Origin: Mitosporidium daphniae
Taxonomy: Eukaryota
Length of the DNA stretch: 44,452 nt
Assembly (NCBI RefSeq): GCF_000760515.2
Contig: NW_013546512.1
Coordinates: 1 to 44,452 of the forward strand
Direction of reading: 5' to 3'
Every line of letters begins with the position of its first letter. The first letter of the stretch is position 1. The position numbers and the translations under genes are program-made. Positions 1 through 11,606 of this stretch are shown piece after piece. The notes beneath the pieces are model-generated. The model saw only the letters and a program-made list of their open reading frames with translations, was not told the DNA's origin and ran no database searches.

Positions 1-63
1 TACCAACTCTACCAACTCTACCAACTCTACCAACTCTACCAACTCTACCAACTCTACCAACTC
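1..63. repeat. 9-bp tandem repeat (TACCAACTC)x7, truncated by window start
   Basis: Seen directly; on the minus strand it would encode (RVG)n in the open frame 559->1. Confidence 0.95.
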
Positions 64-559
64 TTATATTGACCTCGATGGCTGGAAATGATAACTCCAC
101 AACAAATGCCCGTTTTTGGATGGACATTTTTTCGAGAACGTTATCTTTTTTATAAAAAGCAGACAAGGTATTGTTAAGAGGATCGGTCAAATTCGTCGGA
201 GAACAGCCAAAAGTTAGCATCCTACCGATGGCTGTCACATTGCCGCGATGCTTGTTCACAATAATCTCGATACGGCCAAAAAGCGGGCAAATTTTCATTG
301 GCGATGCAGAGTTTATAGGCAAAGCTGACAATACTGGGGCTGGCCAATAGATGCCCATGCAAGTGGGTGTGGCGGTAAAAAGTTTCGGCACTTCAGGTGG
401 GGTTCGGTCCCAGCGAAAAAACAGCAGCAGCTTACAATATAAAAAGAGTATCAGGGCACTCTCTTTTGCGATTGACGCCGAAATGTGCATGCTAGAAATT
501 GGAAAGCAAATCCAATCAATCGACGACAGCGATGGCAGCAAAAACGGAATCCAAAACAT
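1..559 (-). CDS. Hypothetical protein, 3' part outside the window
   Basis: Minus frame from ATG 559 has no stop to the window edge (~186 codons: MFWIPFLLPS...AIEVNIRVGRVGR). No family recognised; could be antisense shadow of a spliced plus-strand gene. Confidence 0.3.
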   Translation of the reverse strand, partial: MFWIPFLLPSLSSIDWICFPISSMHISASIAKESALILFLYCKLLLFFRWDRTPPEVPKLFTATPTCMGIYWPAPVLSALPINSASPMKICPLFGRIEIIVNKHRGNVTAIGRMLTFGCSPTNLTDPLNNTLSAFYKKDNVLEKMSIQKRAFVVELSFPAIEVNIRVGRVGRVGRVGRVGRVGRVG

Positions 560-806
560 CGGCTACATCAATGATTTACCAGCGGCGTGTGCATGCAACA
601 CGAACTCTAACAAGAAGGGATGTGCCTCCATGTCAGATGGTATCCCATTCTGCACGAGGGGCTTTTAACGCGATGCATATTGTATTTCTTTTTGGCTCCA
701 AAAAATCGATCATCGAACAGACCGATGTACATGGCATCTACTTGGTAGCAATGTTCCGCTGAGCCTTACAGTGCAAATTGTGCATGCAGAACATCAAAAT
801 AACGAG

Positions 807-1701
807 TTAGGATTTTAATTTAACATCAAGGCGATCAATTAACAATTTGGTTCTTTGTACAATAACGGGCTCCTCGTTGCAGTCGGAAAAGGATATCTGG
901 CATAAGTTTGGGGAGAATTCCTTTGGCCAAGGTATTCCCATCGAAATTTCATTTAAAATTATAAGCGGCGCCTCATCAGTAGATAACTAATGTTTAAGAG
1001 GCAAATCAATACCTCGGCGATAAAGGCAATCGGAGGCGACAAATGGCGCGTGATTACCCCGATTCGCATACGCAAATCGTTGTGCGAAATGGTAAAAGTA
1101 AAGCCCTGCGGGGATAAGACACCAAAAGCTATACCTCAATTGTGAACGAATCCGATTTCACCAACAAAGGCATCCTTGTCGATGCGGTAAGATTGGAATT
1201 TAGCGCTGGGGAGTGGGCGGATTTCCATTTTGGCAAAAGAAATTGCCGTGCAGATGGTGTAGTAGATGAAGATGGTGTCGTAGATGAAGATGGTGTTTCA
1301 GGCGAGGATGGTGTTGCGAGCGGTGATGACGATGAAGAAGCAATGGCCGCATTAATCGTTAATTGCCCAAATAAAAGATCAATTGAGGAGTCTACTTCAA
1401 TCCAACTGGTATCTTTTTGAGATGCGGAGCAGCAAAGTAGAATGGTCGATTGGCCCTCGTGGCATTTCACGAATGAAACACCGCTGTCGTGGGCAGAGCG
1501 AAATGATTGAAGCGTCGATGAAAATTGACAGGCATTCGTGGCATGAGAGATCGAATACTTTTCGTTAATATTGCCGATGAACTCATTCAGTATGCAAGAC
1601 ACCCTTGCGTGGACAAGCTCATTGGCCCTTCCCAATTCATTGGCCCTTCCCAGCTCATTGCCAATTATGGGACAAAACCACAATTTTACAGCAGCTGGCA
1701 T
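807..1701 (-). CDS. MED20: Mediator subunit Med20 (Srb2)-like protein, 3 exons
   Basis: ORF 1701-1129 plus two short GT-AG introns (gtatagc...cgcag; gtattg...cattag) gives ...IEVDSSIDLLFGQL...TIEGFTFTISHNDLRMRIGVITRHLSPPIAFIAEL..., resembling Med20 (human IADTNFDVLMVKL...[21 protein letters not shown]); stop TAA 809-807. Confidence 0.55.
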
Positions 1702-1736
1702 TTGTCGCTAGGTAAATTAAAATTTATTAAGCTTTA

Positions 1737-2655
1737 ATGTCAAGGAACAATGGGCAAGATCATTCAACGATGACAACGCAGCCCATCGCCAATGCTTCTT
1801 CGGCGGGCACGGCGTCCATCACTTCTTCTCCAGGGGCTTTCCATTACAAAAGAACCCCGTCCAACTCGATCAACTATTCTGCCGCCGAATGGGTTTCAAA
1901 AATGGGCCAAATATCCATCCCGAAAGGGTTACACCATAGCATTCTTATTATGCCTAGTGATCTCAATGAGCTCATAATGAATTACCTGATAATTGAAGGA
2001 TATTCAGACGCTGTAAGGATATTTTCGGAAGAGTCTAAACAGAAGATTGATGATCTGGTTTTGAAGGATGTCGAGTTCAGGGAAAAGCTGCGAAACCTCG
2101 TGTTGGATGGCAAGATCAAAGAAACAATTTCCTTGATCAACGACTCATATCCAATGGTAGTTTCTTTGTTAAGCTGACACACTTAGCTGCTTGAAGAGAA
2201 CAACGTCCTACTTTTCGCGCTGAAAAAGCAGCACTTGATAGAGCTGATCAAGGAGAATAGATCCAAAGAGGCTGTGTATTTCGCGCAAAAAGATCTGGTC
2301 CCGCTCACGGACATGAAGGTAACCCCGAAAGCGCTACAAAGACTAGGATCACTTGATGTCGGAACTTGAGGATGCCATGGCTCTTCTTGCTTATACTGGA
2401 AATAAAAGAAAGTCAAAAAAGCAGGAGCCGACGATCCCGGCTGAGATTTCGCATTTGCTGGATCAAGAGCACAGAGAAAAACTCGTCAAATTGCTAAACT
2501 CAAAAATACTAGAGGCCGGTGGGCTGGTACAGCCCGAGCCCAAGGTCAATAATTTGATTAGATTGATGTTCTGGGCCCAGAGCCTTTTGGACGAATATGG
2601 GGCCACATATCCGCACATTGACCATCTTTTAGACGTCGGCACCAAAGAACAGTGA
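1737..2655 (+). CDS. GID8: CTLH/GID complex subunit Gid8/TWA1 (LisH-CTLH-CRA), 3 exons
   Basis: LisH motif DLNELIMNYLIIEGYSDAVRIFSEES, CTLH REKLRNLVLDGKIKETISLIN, CRA ELEDAMALLAY...EPKVNNLIRLMFWAQ; introns 2157-2186 and about 2319-2347 join the frames. Confidence 0.9.
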
Positions 2656-2837
2656 GGATCGGCTTTGAGCACCATTCTTCCGCCCTCGTTGCAGGCTTTA
2701 CGCTGCAACGGCAACAGCTAATAAACAAACGTGCGTCAATAATTGGGGTAGGGTTTATAAATTTTACGGACATCGTGAGCGGCTTGGAAATTTGGAAACA
2801 TACTCAGCTTGATGGGCCACGCTTTACTTTTGCGTAT

Positions 2838-4324
2838 TCACTGCGAAACAGACGAAAGTGGAGAGTGAAAAAACAGCAATGCCCGGTACAGGGTAGAGGA
2901 GCGAGAAAGCTGCCCATCTGTCGAGAGCACGGCAAGCAAGTCTCGCATTGCTATCCGTCTTTCTGGCATGTACGCAGAGGATGACGAGGATGCGCCGTGT
3001 AGCGGTCTCGGGTTACTCGATGGAGTTTCTGCTGGATTTGATGATGATGATGATGATGATGATGCCGGTGTTCCCTGTGGGGAGTTAGCATTGACCATCC
3101 ACTGCTTTAATGGGATGCCAAGCTGGCCCATCGCAGTGGCATTGATGATTTTGGCCCGGATGCTACTTGAGTCTTGGAGACCAAGTGCCGAAATTGCTTG
3201 GGGAGACGACACACTTTGTTCTGGATCTTCTCCGGTGGGCGGTTGGGCTGAGGTGGAGTTTGGAACCCTTCCTCTTCGCGAAGTAGGAAGGATGCCGCCG
3301 ATTGAGGACAGCAATTGGTCAAATTCTGCCTTTTCGCGCCTGTGTTGTTCTGAGAGCGCCTTGTCGAGAACGTACAATTGACGACGAGGATCGTTATCAA
3401 TCTTTGGTTATCCAAGAAACAAAAGTACCTTGGAGCGGATGGATGACTTGTGAGAGGAACTTGACTCGTATCGATGCCTGGATATCAAGACAAGCTCATC
3501 CATGATGATTGCCAGCTTTGCTTGGAGCACGTAAAGCAGCCCCTCCATGATTCCATTTTCGGTGGACTTGGGAATGGAAATCTTATTTTTCGAGCCTACA
3601 GCGAAAATATTTCCGAAACAAGCTACTTACCTATGGTGGAGAGCAAGAAGGCCAAGTTGTCGTGATTGAAAAGACTTGAAATTTTGGCCCGAGGGTCCTC
3701 AATGGAAGGCATCGATGATGCGGGGAAATACGAGGTAAAGGCCTCTTGCTCCCTTAATATGGCCTCTGCCTCCTCTTTGAGATTGACGCCAGAATTAGCA
3801 AGAATATCTTGAATGGAATCGGTATCCTCCCGAGTGGACGAGATTGTTGTTGCAGTTGAGGGTGTGAGCAGTTGAGAGGGTGTCATATTGATCATAGGCA
3901 TTGGCGCAACAATTGAGCCGTATGAGGAGGCTGCTGTGGGCGAATTTGTGGCTTCCGATGTGGCAGCAGATGTGCTTGCCGTCAGCACATCGGCAAGCAA
4001 GTTGATGCCAGGTGCCATCATTTCCGTTGCCGACAATGTGTTTGGGGCCACGTGCATTCTGCTTGCTGCTATGTTTATCTTGTTGATTGAAGAGCTCTAA
4101 AATGAGGCAATTGGATTACAAGATTGGCATACAGCTTTGACCCCAGAATCAGCCGACATGAACAGAGAAACTCCTGTATTTGGATCTGCTGGCTTTTGAA
4201 TTTGTGGATAATTTGTAAAAGTTCGAGCTTCTTAGAATAGGACAGTTGCGAGATGATGTCTAGGCGAAGAAAGCAGCTTGGAACGCCTACCTTGGTGCAA
4301 CGACTGGGAGCCTGCAGAATTCAT
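2838..4324 (-). CDS. TAF4: TFIID subunit 4, 5 exons
   Basis: DILANSGVNLKEEAE motif, histone fold (LLYVLQAKLAIIMDELVLISRHR), RAKIINATAMGQLG and C-terminal RRIAMRDLLAVL...LYRAL; introns 4290-4260, 4119-4097, 3630-3596 and one near 3430-3403; ATG 4324. Confidence 0.88.
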
Positions 4325-4391
4325 GGCTAAATTTTAAAAAGTAAAATCTATTTTGGAGACAAACCAATTTTACAAACCAAGTTTTTATTTG

Positions 4392-5357
4392 ATGGGCAAA
4401 AGGACGCTTCTTTTGCTAGATCTGAATGGGGTGCTGTTTTACTGCCCAGCCTCGTCGATTGTCAGTGCTTCGATTTTGGAAAAAAATCCAGGATCGTGTT
4501 TTGTAAACACAGGGTTGATACTACGGCCCTGGATCTCTGAATTTCTTTCCTTCTGCTTCCAGCATTTTGAGGTGGGCATTTGGACCTCTTTGCAGGCCAA
4601 AAATGCATATCCAATCATTGGGAGGATACTTGGCTCTCACGTTGAGATTTCCCACTCGGGCCTGATATTAGATTGTGGGCTCGTTGATGGGGGCAAGATA
4701 TTCCCGGAGATTTCCCAAATCAAGGAGCTTGACAAAATGAGCACGGAGGCATCCATGATCAAGGGGGAAGAGCCCCGAAGTTGCGCACGCATGCAGATTT
4801 CCATTCTTCGACACCGAATGATGTCGAAAAGCTCGGTAAAAGGACAGCTCTCTTTACTTTGGACCCAAACGAGATGTACCATCTCGCACGATGGCCGCGC
4901 TTTTAAGATGAAAAAAGACCGTCCATTTATGCTGAAGGATCTTTCTTCGCTTTGGAAAGAGGATGGTGAGTTGCACGCACTGCCGGTCCATCAGATAGTT
5001 GAGAAAATCGTTATTAACCATCAAGATGCATCATACGTGCTCTCCAGCAATCCGGTACGGAAATTCGACGATCTGAGCGTCTCTGTGCCATCGAGATTGG
5101 ACATAGCGTCGCGTTGGAGCCCAAAGAACACCGTGCTAATTGATGATTCGGCATACAAATTTTCGCAAACACCGCTCAATGGCATTCCAGTTTCGTCGTT
5201 TGACGAGGATTCCACAAACGACAACGTCCTGCTGCACTTGATGCAGTATTTGGAGAAAGAGGTGATTGCCCTGTCCAGGGACAAGGATGACTTTGACATT
5301 CGAGAAATTTTAAAAGCAAGGCCGTTTTCTGCGTTTACGCCATTAAATTGTGTTTAA
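4392..5357 (+). CDS. NIF/FCP1-like HAD-superfamily phosphatase with DLNG variant motif
   Basis: LLLLDLNGVL, RPWISEFLSFCFQHFEVGIWTS, KDLSSLW, NTVLIDDSAYK..PLNGI motifs typical of NIF-domain proteins. Confidence 0.8.
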   Translation: MGKRTLLLLDLNGVLFYCPASSIVSASILEKNPGSCFVNTGLILRPWISEFLSFCFQHFEVGIWTSLQAKNAYPIIGRILGSHVEISHSGLILDCGLVDGGKIFPEISQIKELDKMSTEASMIKGEEPRSCARMQISILRHRMMSKSSVKGQLSLLWTQTRCTISHDGRAFKMKKDRPFMLKDLSSLWKEDGELHALPVHQIVEKIVINHQDASYVLSSNPVRKFDDLSVSVPSRLDIASRWSPKNTVLIDDSAYKFSQTPLNGIPVSSFDEDSTNDNVLLHLMQYLEKEVIALSRDKDDFDIREILKARPFSAFTPLNCV

Positions 5358-5384
5358 ATTTTCACGTTCCAAGTGTAGCGAGTG

Positions 5385-6559
5385 ATGCATACGTCTACAA
5401 ATCCCGACGATTTCTTTGAAAGTGACTCCATTCGAGCTGCAAGGGAATATCAGCGCAGCCGGATCAGCTACGCAAAAGGATCGCCTTTTCGGCTTCCAGG
5501 GAAAATTCTTTCCATCGCTAATCACCTATCAAGCCACATTGGGGCTGGTTGCTCCAATGGGGTTGCATATATTTTCCAGATAAGCAAAAACAGGTTGCTT
5601 CTTCGCGTAACGTGCAAAGGACATTCGGGTCCCGTTTCTGCAATTCAGTTTTTCAACAAGCAACACCAATTGCTCGTAATCACGGGATCCTGGGACAGGT
5701 CTATAAAGATCTTCGATGCATGGAACGGGTCGCTCATCAAGACATTTGACCAAGTTTTGCCGGATCTGATACGGTCGATTGCTCTTTTTCCATCCGAGAA
5801 TCTTGTGATTGTCTTTGGAGATGCTCGCGGGTCGCTTTGTATTCTGGACGTCTTGCAAAACAGGAAGGTTATCAGAAAAGCTTGCAATAGGTCCATCGAG
5901 GTGATAAAAGTAGAGGGGACCCAAATCTTCATTGCCAGCTCAGAGGGGGCAGTTTGCTCGTTTACAATCGATGCTGTTGACTACTCTTTCAGCAAAAACG
6001 AAGGGCTCTTTTCGAACACGGACGAGCAACATGCTACATCGATTTATTCCATGGACCTAGTTTCGCCAGATACGCTGTACACAGGCTCGGCTGATGGATG
6101 TATATTTGCATGGGATGTTCCAGTAGCTTTTAATATTTTGATCAACTAGAGCGGTCTACGAATATGGCGCTCAAACGATTTAAAGTCTTGGGTTCGCTCC
6201 CTTGTTCATCCGCAGAGAAGAAGGGATTTATTATTTGCAGGTCTTGCTGATGGCACGTTGCATCTGATCCATGACCAAGTAAGAAAGCAAGCGCAGGTTT
6301 TACCCCATACGTCTAGGAGATAAAATTTACCGTTTCCTCTGGCGGCCATTTTGATGCCATCACGGGGTCGATTTGTATTACAAGCGAAAATAATATTGAT
6401 TATCTCATCACGGCCTCACTGGATGGCACAGTTAGGACTTGGATTGTGCCTTCAGAGGGCAAGCTAAGGCTGGAAGAGCTGCCCTCCGCTTCTTTCGACG
6501 ATGATGAGGATTTAGATGCACTTTTGTGCGATGAAAAAGAGGACGATGGCAATGGCTAG
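5385..6559 (+). CDS. WD40-repeat protein, 3 exons, acidic C-terminus
   Basis: GHSGPV...TGSWDRSIKIFD, TGSADGCIFAWD, GHFDAI...TASLDGTVRTW; introns start at 6123 and 6279; stop TAG 6557-6559. Confidence 0.85.
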
Positions 6560-6608
6560 TAAAAAGCTTAAATAAATAAATTGATCCGCAATTTGATCAA
6601 CCCTTGTG

Positions 6609-7217
6609 ATGGCAAAGCTTGAGTTCTACTTTGACTTGGCCTCTCCTTATAGCCGGATTGCATGTCACAGGTTAAAGGTGTGGCGAAAAGAGAACCATGC
6701 ACAGCTGGAATGCATCCCAGTTTCACTAACCGCCATTCTGAAAGACTCTTCCGGAGAAACCGCATTGCAACACAAAAAACGAATGCATTCGCTAGTGGAC
6801 TTGAAAAGAGCAGCCTGTTTATATGAAATCTCTGATTTCGACACCAGCAGCTCGAGAATACAAGCGAACTTGAAATCCAAAGAGATTCGCTTGAAAATGA
6901 TCGAGCTGGCCAACAGAGGCATCACCTTTGACGATCTCGAGCTTCTGTATAAAAAATATTGGAGCTTTTCGTGCACAGAGCAGAAGGATCCCATCACTTG
7001 CAATCAAGATGCAACAAAAAAGCAAACCTTTAGCAGCGAAGGGCAAGTAAAGCTGCTAGAAAACACAAAAAAAGCCATCGAAATGGGTGCTTTCGGTCTT
7101 CCGTGGTTTAGGCTTTTCAGGAGCGGCAGAGATGCACAAGCATATTTCGGATCCGATCGATTGGAGCACATCAGCCTGGACGTTCAAGAGAACATTGCCA
7201 ATAAAAGCAAATTATAA
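6609..7217 (+). CDS. Glutathione S-transferase kappa / DsbA-like (HCCA isomerase family)
   Basis: FYFDLASPYS N-terminal motif, GAFGLPWF and YFGSDRL C-terminal motifs. Confidence 0.85.
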   Translation: MAKLEFYFDLASPYSRIACHRLKVWRKENHAQLECIPVSLTAILKDSSGETALQHKKRMHSLVDLKRAACLYEISDFDTSSSRIQANLKSKEIRLKMIELANRGITFDDLELLYKKYWSFSCTEQKDPITCNQDATKKQTFSSEGQVKLLENTKKAIEMGAFGLPWFRLFRSGRDAQAYFGSDRLEHISLDVQENIANKSKL

Positions 7218-7248
7218 AATTAAATTTTACAGCCTTAAATTTTAAGAA

Positions 7249-7744
7249 ATGGTAAGTCTTCCCCTTCCGACGGGTCCATCGATCGAGAAAATGCAATTCT
7301 TTTCATCAATCATCCCTTGTGTCATTTTTGTCATCATCGCTTGCTTGAATGTTTTCTAATTTTAAAGGTTAATATCCCAAAGGCCAGGAATACCTTTTGC
7401 AAGCGCTGTCGTATGCACAAGCCTCACAAAGTGTCCCAGTACAAAAAGGGAAAGGACTCTGTTCACGTGCAAGGTAAAAGACGTTACGACCGCAAACAAG
7501 CAGGTTTTGGTGGTCAAACAAAGCCCGTATTCCACAAGAAGGTACTGTTCGTTTCGGATTTCTCATTTTAGGCCAAAACCACCAAGAAAATCGTGCTTCG
7601 TTTGGAATGCACCGTCTGCAAGCATAAGAATCAGCTAGCTCTCAAGCGCTGCAAGCATTTTGAGCTGGGAGGAGATAAGAAGACTAAGGTTTGTGTTTGT
7701 AGTTTTGATTTTCCCCCTCATAGGGTGCTGCTCTCAGTTTCTAA
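7249..7744 (+). CDS. RPL42: 60S ribosomal protein eL42 (L44/L36a), 4 exons
   Basis: ATG|116-nt intron|[14 protein letters not shown]...[36 protein letters not shown]...[21 protein letters not shown]. Confidence 0.97.
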
Positions 7745-7889
7745 GGTCTGTATTTATCCAATAAATGATCGCCGCTTGTTTACTTGGTTTAACGCATTAA
7801 AGGGAATACACTACGCCCTTCCGATCTTGTGGCCTTGCAATATAAGTTTCCTTTAATGGCATCACAAATTTGAATTTTAATTTCAGCTG

Positions 7890-10566
7890 ATGGTGGGCTG
7901 TTGGCAAAATGCCCCCGCAGATATCTCCTGCTGGGCGACCAGCCCTCAGTCAGATAGTAACCCTTGGGATGTGGCCAATGCCAACGAGGTAGCTTGTACC
8001 TCTTTGGAGGGGTCTGCCCCAAGCTCCGAACTAAATTTGGAAAAGCTGCCGACCTCTAAATCCAATTGCCAAAGGCGAATAGCGTCTTCTCCCGGCCCCT
8101 CTCGTGCAAATAAGAACTGCATTTCATCTTTTTTGTCTCGTACTGCCAAGAGTGAGAGAAATGACGATACGGTTACCGAAATTTTACAAGAATCTCCAAA
8201 CACAAAGTTGATGGTGAAAGACACCTTTGTCAACTATTCCGTTTTGGAGCGACCAACATGTGATGGGTTGCATTGGAATCATCACTCGAAAAGAGGATCT
8301 TTTATTACAAATTCCAGTGAACACACAGCAAGAGCAAACGCTCAGGGATATTTAGCGCACGAATATGGAGATCCTCGAATGCTTGATAATCGCTACTATG
8401 CAACGATCCAAAACGGAAGGGATTGTGATCAGATTATCCACAATAATAGGCCAAAAGCGGATATTTCTTTGAAAATAGCATCTGATCGCACAGAATCCCA
8501 CTGTTTCTCATCAAGAGCACGGTCTTTTAAAGATCCCTCAACCTATCGAGGAGTTTCCAACCAAAGAGTTCCAGCGCTATACCATGGGAATTCTCCGGCA
8601 CACGACGGCAATTTTGTCTGTTCGAGAAGTAAAAGCAGCACTCCTTGCAATGGGGAATTGAAGGCAATAACGGCCAATTCTACGGCAGATGTGGATGGCG
8701 GTGGGTTAGATTATGTTTCTGCCGCACATGATTTTGATTTATTTGCTCCCATACCGAGTTCTAGACACCTCAGCAATTCAAAGCCCGACAATTTTGAACC
8801 TTATACTCGCGTAAAGCCTGACCACGTCAGTTCTCGAAGAAATCGAGACAAGACAGGTCAACACCCAACAAGGACAGACTCTTTTCATACGCGTGAGCGC
8901 GCCATTATTCCGGATTCAGAAAAATTCATCGGTTCTTTTCGATCAGAAAATCGCTCTGAAAGCCCTCTATGTAGGATCAAGCCACACGATTCCGATCTTT
9001 CACGGGGCACCAAAAGAAAGAGAGAAGGCCCTTTTGATAACATTGAAAATACACGCTTCAATTGTGCAGAACCAAAAGATAATAGTTTATGGGGAATGCA
9101 GGAAATGAAGGATAAAAAGCCAGTTGATTTTTTTTCAACCGATTTCTCATCTTCGGTCAACCTGATGAAGACATCAAATCCAGTCGATGAATTTGTGCTT
9201 CTTGAAGGCAAAAAGTCTAAATCAAAATTTGGTTGGAATGTTCTTGACGGCAATAACAGCTCTGATTCGACAGATCTTCGCCAGGCTGATTGCCAAATGT
9301 CTCTTCCTCAACCATCTGGATCTAAAACATTTCTTTCTGACGATTGGGGCGCAGCCGATAGTCACTCCTCCTGGGGCGCAGCCGATAGCCATTCCTCCTG
9401 GGGCGCAGATCTTAAACAGACAAGTGGTCATTCGAGGAAATCCAAATTTCATTCCATTAAGGACGATAAGGAAAATTTAGCAAGAGATTTACCATCTTCC
9501 AAACGGGTGGATACTTTGAAGCAAAAGTCATCTTGGTCAAGTATTTCCGATCGTTCAAATATGACTGTATTGACGGGACTTTCCAATGAGAAAGAAAATG
9601 TGTCTAACATGGCTCCAGAATCTGAGCTCGCAAGCAAACTCGCCAAAAGCCACGATGCTTCTAAAAATGCTGTCTCGGGCTGGGGTGAGTCGGGTAATAC
9701 TGTTTCCGGCTGGGGGAGCCTATAGACAACATACCCGGTTGGGGAGAGCCTATAGACAACATACCTGGCTGGGAAGAATTTAGAGAAACTTTGCAGAACA
9801 CGCCAAAACCCTCGAAAAGCACATCCACGCCCACAAAAAGCATGCTATTACCTTCGCAGGCTGATTTTGGAGGCAAAGTTAATTGTTCTGAGCACATTTT
9901 TCCATCCTCCAAACCAATAGCTTCTTCGTCAGGATTATCCCCAAAGCGCCTATTAAAGTTAGAAAAGCTAACTTCTCAATTCTTGAAGCTGATATCAAAG
10001 GTGATGGAAACAGGATCCCGAGCATCGATAAAGGTAAGCCTCTTTTATTTGTAACCTGGTAAGGATTCTGCACTCTTTCTTTGCCAGGACTGTGGCGATC
10101 CTGTTCTTGAAGAATTGTTCTTTGAAGCGTCTTTAAAGGCAATCGAGACAAAAGGTCTTAACAAGCATCTTGTAGATCCTTTTTACGACAAGCTTCATCT
10201 TCTGTATCTCATTAACGAGATCTTTATCGCCCAATCTGAAGCGTTTGGCGGTGTTCTCGCGTTCAACTTGACAGCAAGATGTTCCTTCATCTCGGTTATA
10301 GCGAAAAGAATATTTCACATTGCCTTTGACGAAGCAGCCTCTAGTCGCGATGCAAAGCTGGTCCTTGTAAAGGTTGGCTTGATATTTTAACGGCATAGCT
10401 ATTGATCTTGTGGAGGCAGCAACGGCATTTTGGCCCCTACTTTTTGGAATCCTTGTTCAGCTTGGATGAAGATCACATGCGAGAAAATCTGCTTCAGCAA
10501 GCGCAAGAAGAAACCTTTCTCCCCCAAAGGGACATACCTTTGCTTCAGGATGACCTTTTCGATTAA
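7890..10566 (+). CDS. Large low-complexity WG/GW-repeat protein with C-terminal CID/RPR-like domain
   Basis: 611-aa Ser-rich ORF with SWG/GWG repeats; frame continues via intron 9685(or 9694)-9725 or a 1-nt indel; introns 10034-10063 and 10373-10398 lead to ...TGSRASIKDSALFL...KLHLLYLINEIF...VKLLILWRQQRHF...*, CID-like. Confidence 0.7.
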
Positions 10567-11606
10567 TTGAACTTTCTATGTTTTAGCAATACCGAAATTC
10601 TCCTCCACACGCATCGACGCGCGTATCTAAGCATTTTTAATTTAACGTCAAGATTGATGTGGATATCCGTGAACGTGGTACTTTGGCAGGCCACGCCAGA
10701 TGATTAAGCGAATCAAACGAAACGAAGGACTCAATTGTAACTGCAACAAATTAAATTACTAGCGTCCCATTGATGTTTACTTGGGATTTCTACACATTTG
10801 CCAGGGGTTTTTCCTTTGAAACGTTGGAGATCCGTCGATGCATTTTATTTTTCGCTCGCAAATAATTGGTTCCCCTTTGGGTTCTTTCTTTTCCATACGA
10901 TAAGTAACTCTTCCAAACGTCTCGTGACACACAGCCACGTCGATCCGCGAATATTTACAACTAGCAGCCTAAAGGCCGTGGAGTACAAGGTTGCAGCAGA
11001 AAGCAATATCTATGTGGTGTGTAGCTTATACTAATGACAAGATTGAAGATAGCCGGGTTTGTATGTGAAACGAACTTTTTTCAAAGTGAAATTTTCTCGT
11101 AATCGATTCAGTGACTAAAATAGAAAAAATCGCGGCTCAAGTTGCGTCAAAAGACCAACGAATTAACTGCACAATAGACGTTGCAGCTGGAAACTGCATA
11201 TATGATCTTTGATCATTGCTAGTATCTTTCATTTAAAATACTCTAAGGTTTGGCAGCAAGTAAAACAACTTCAAAAAGGCTGGCCATGCTATCTATCTGG
11301 CTAAATACTTGGACTAGCGGCTACAAAAGAAAAATAATCCCTCTTGTAAGACCATGAGCACAATCAATAGTAGGAAATAATCCAGCAGAGAACCATAGTC
11401 ATCAAGTGCACTTGTCAACTGTTTCAAACACACATCTGGTGGCAATCTGAGCAACTTGAAGAAATAGATTTGACCGAAATTTTGAAGCCGGTTTGACGCT
11501 TGGTGCCTACAAACACGGCTAGAACTGCCAGCGCATCGAAACAAATAACCATTAAAACTAATGTGAATGCACGTGGACTATTCCAAGCATACTTGCATGC
11601 TATCAT

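Noticed and set aside
1..63. Repeat at window start as a telomere
   Set aside because: Unit is TACCAACTC, not the TTAGGG type seen elsewhere, and it falls in an open frame; the window edge is likely arbitrary.
6279..6316. Internal CAG|GT in the WD40 intron as another recursive site
   Set aside because: Parts would be 18 and 20 nt, below the shortest supported intron here (23 nt).
7252..7367. Intronic snoRNA in the long RPL42/RPL36 introns
   Set aside because: No C/D box pair or H/ACA architecture visible.
10755..10797. H/ACA snoRNA (hairpin followed by ACA)
   Set aside because: Hairpin too short and no convincing pseudouridylation pocket.
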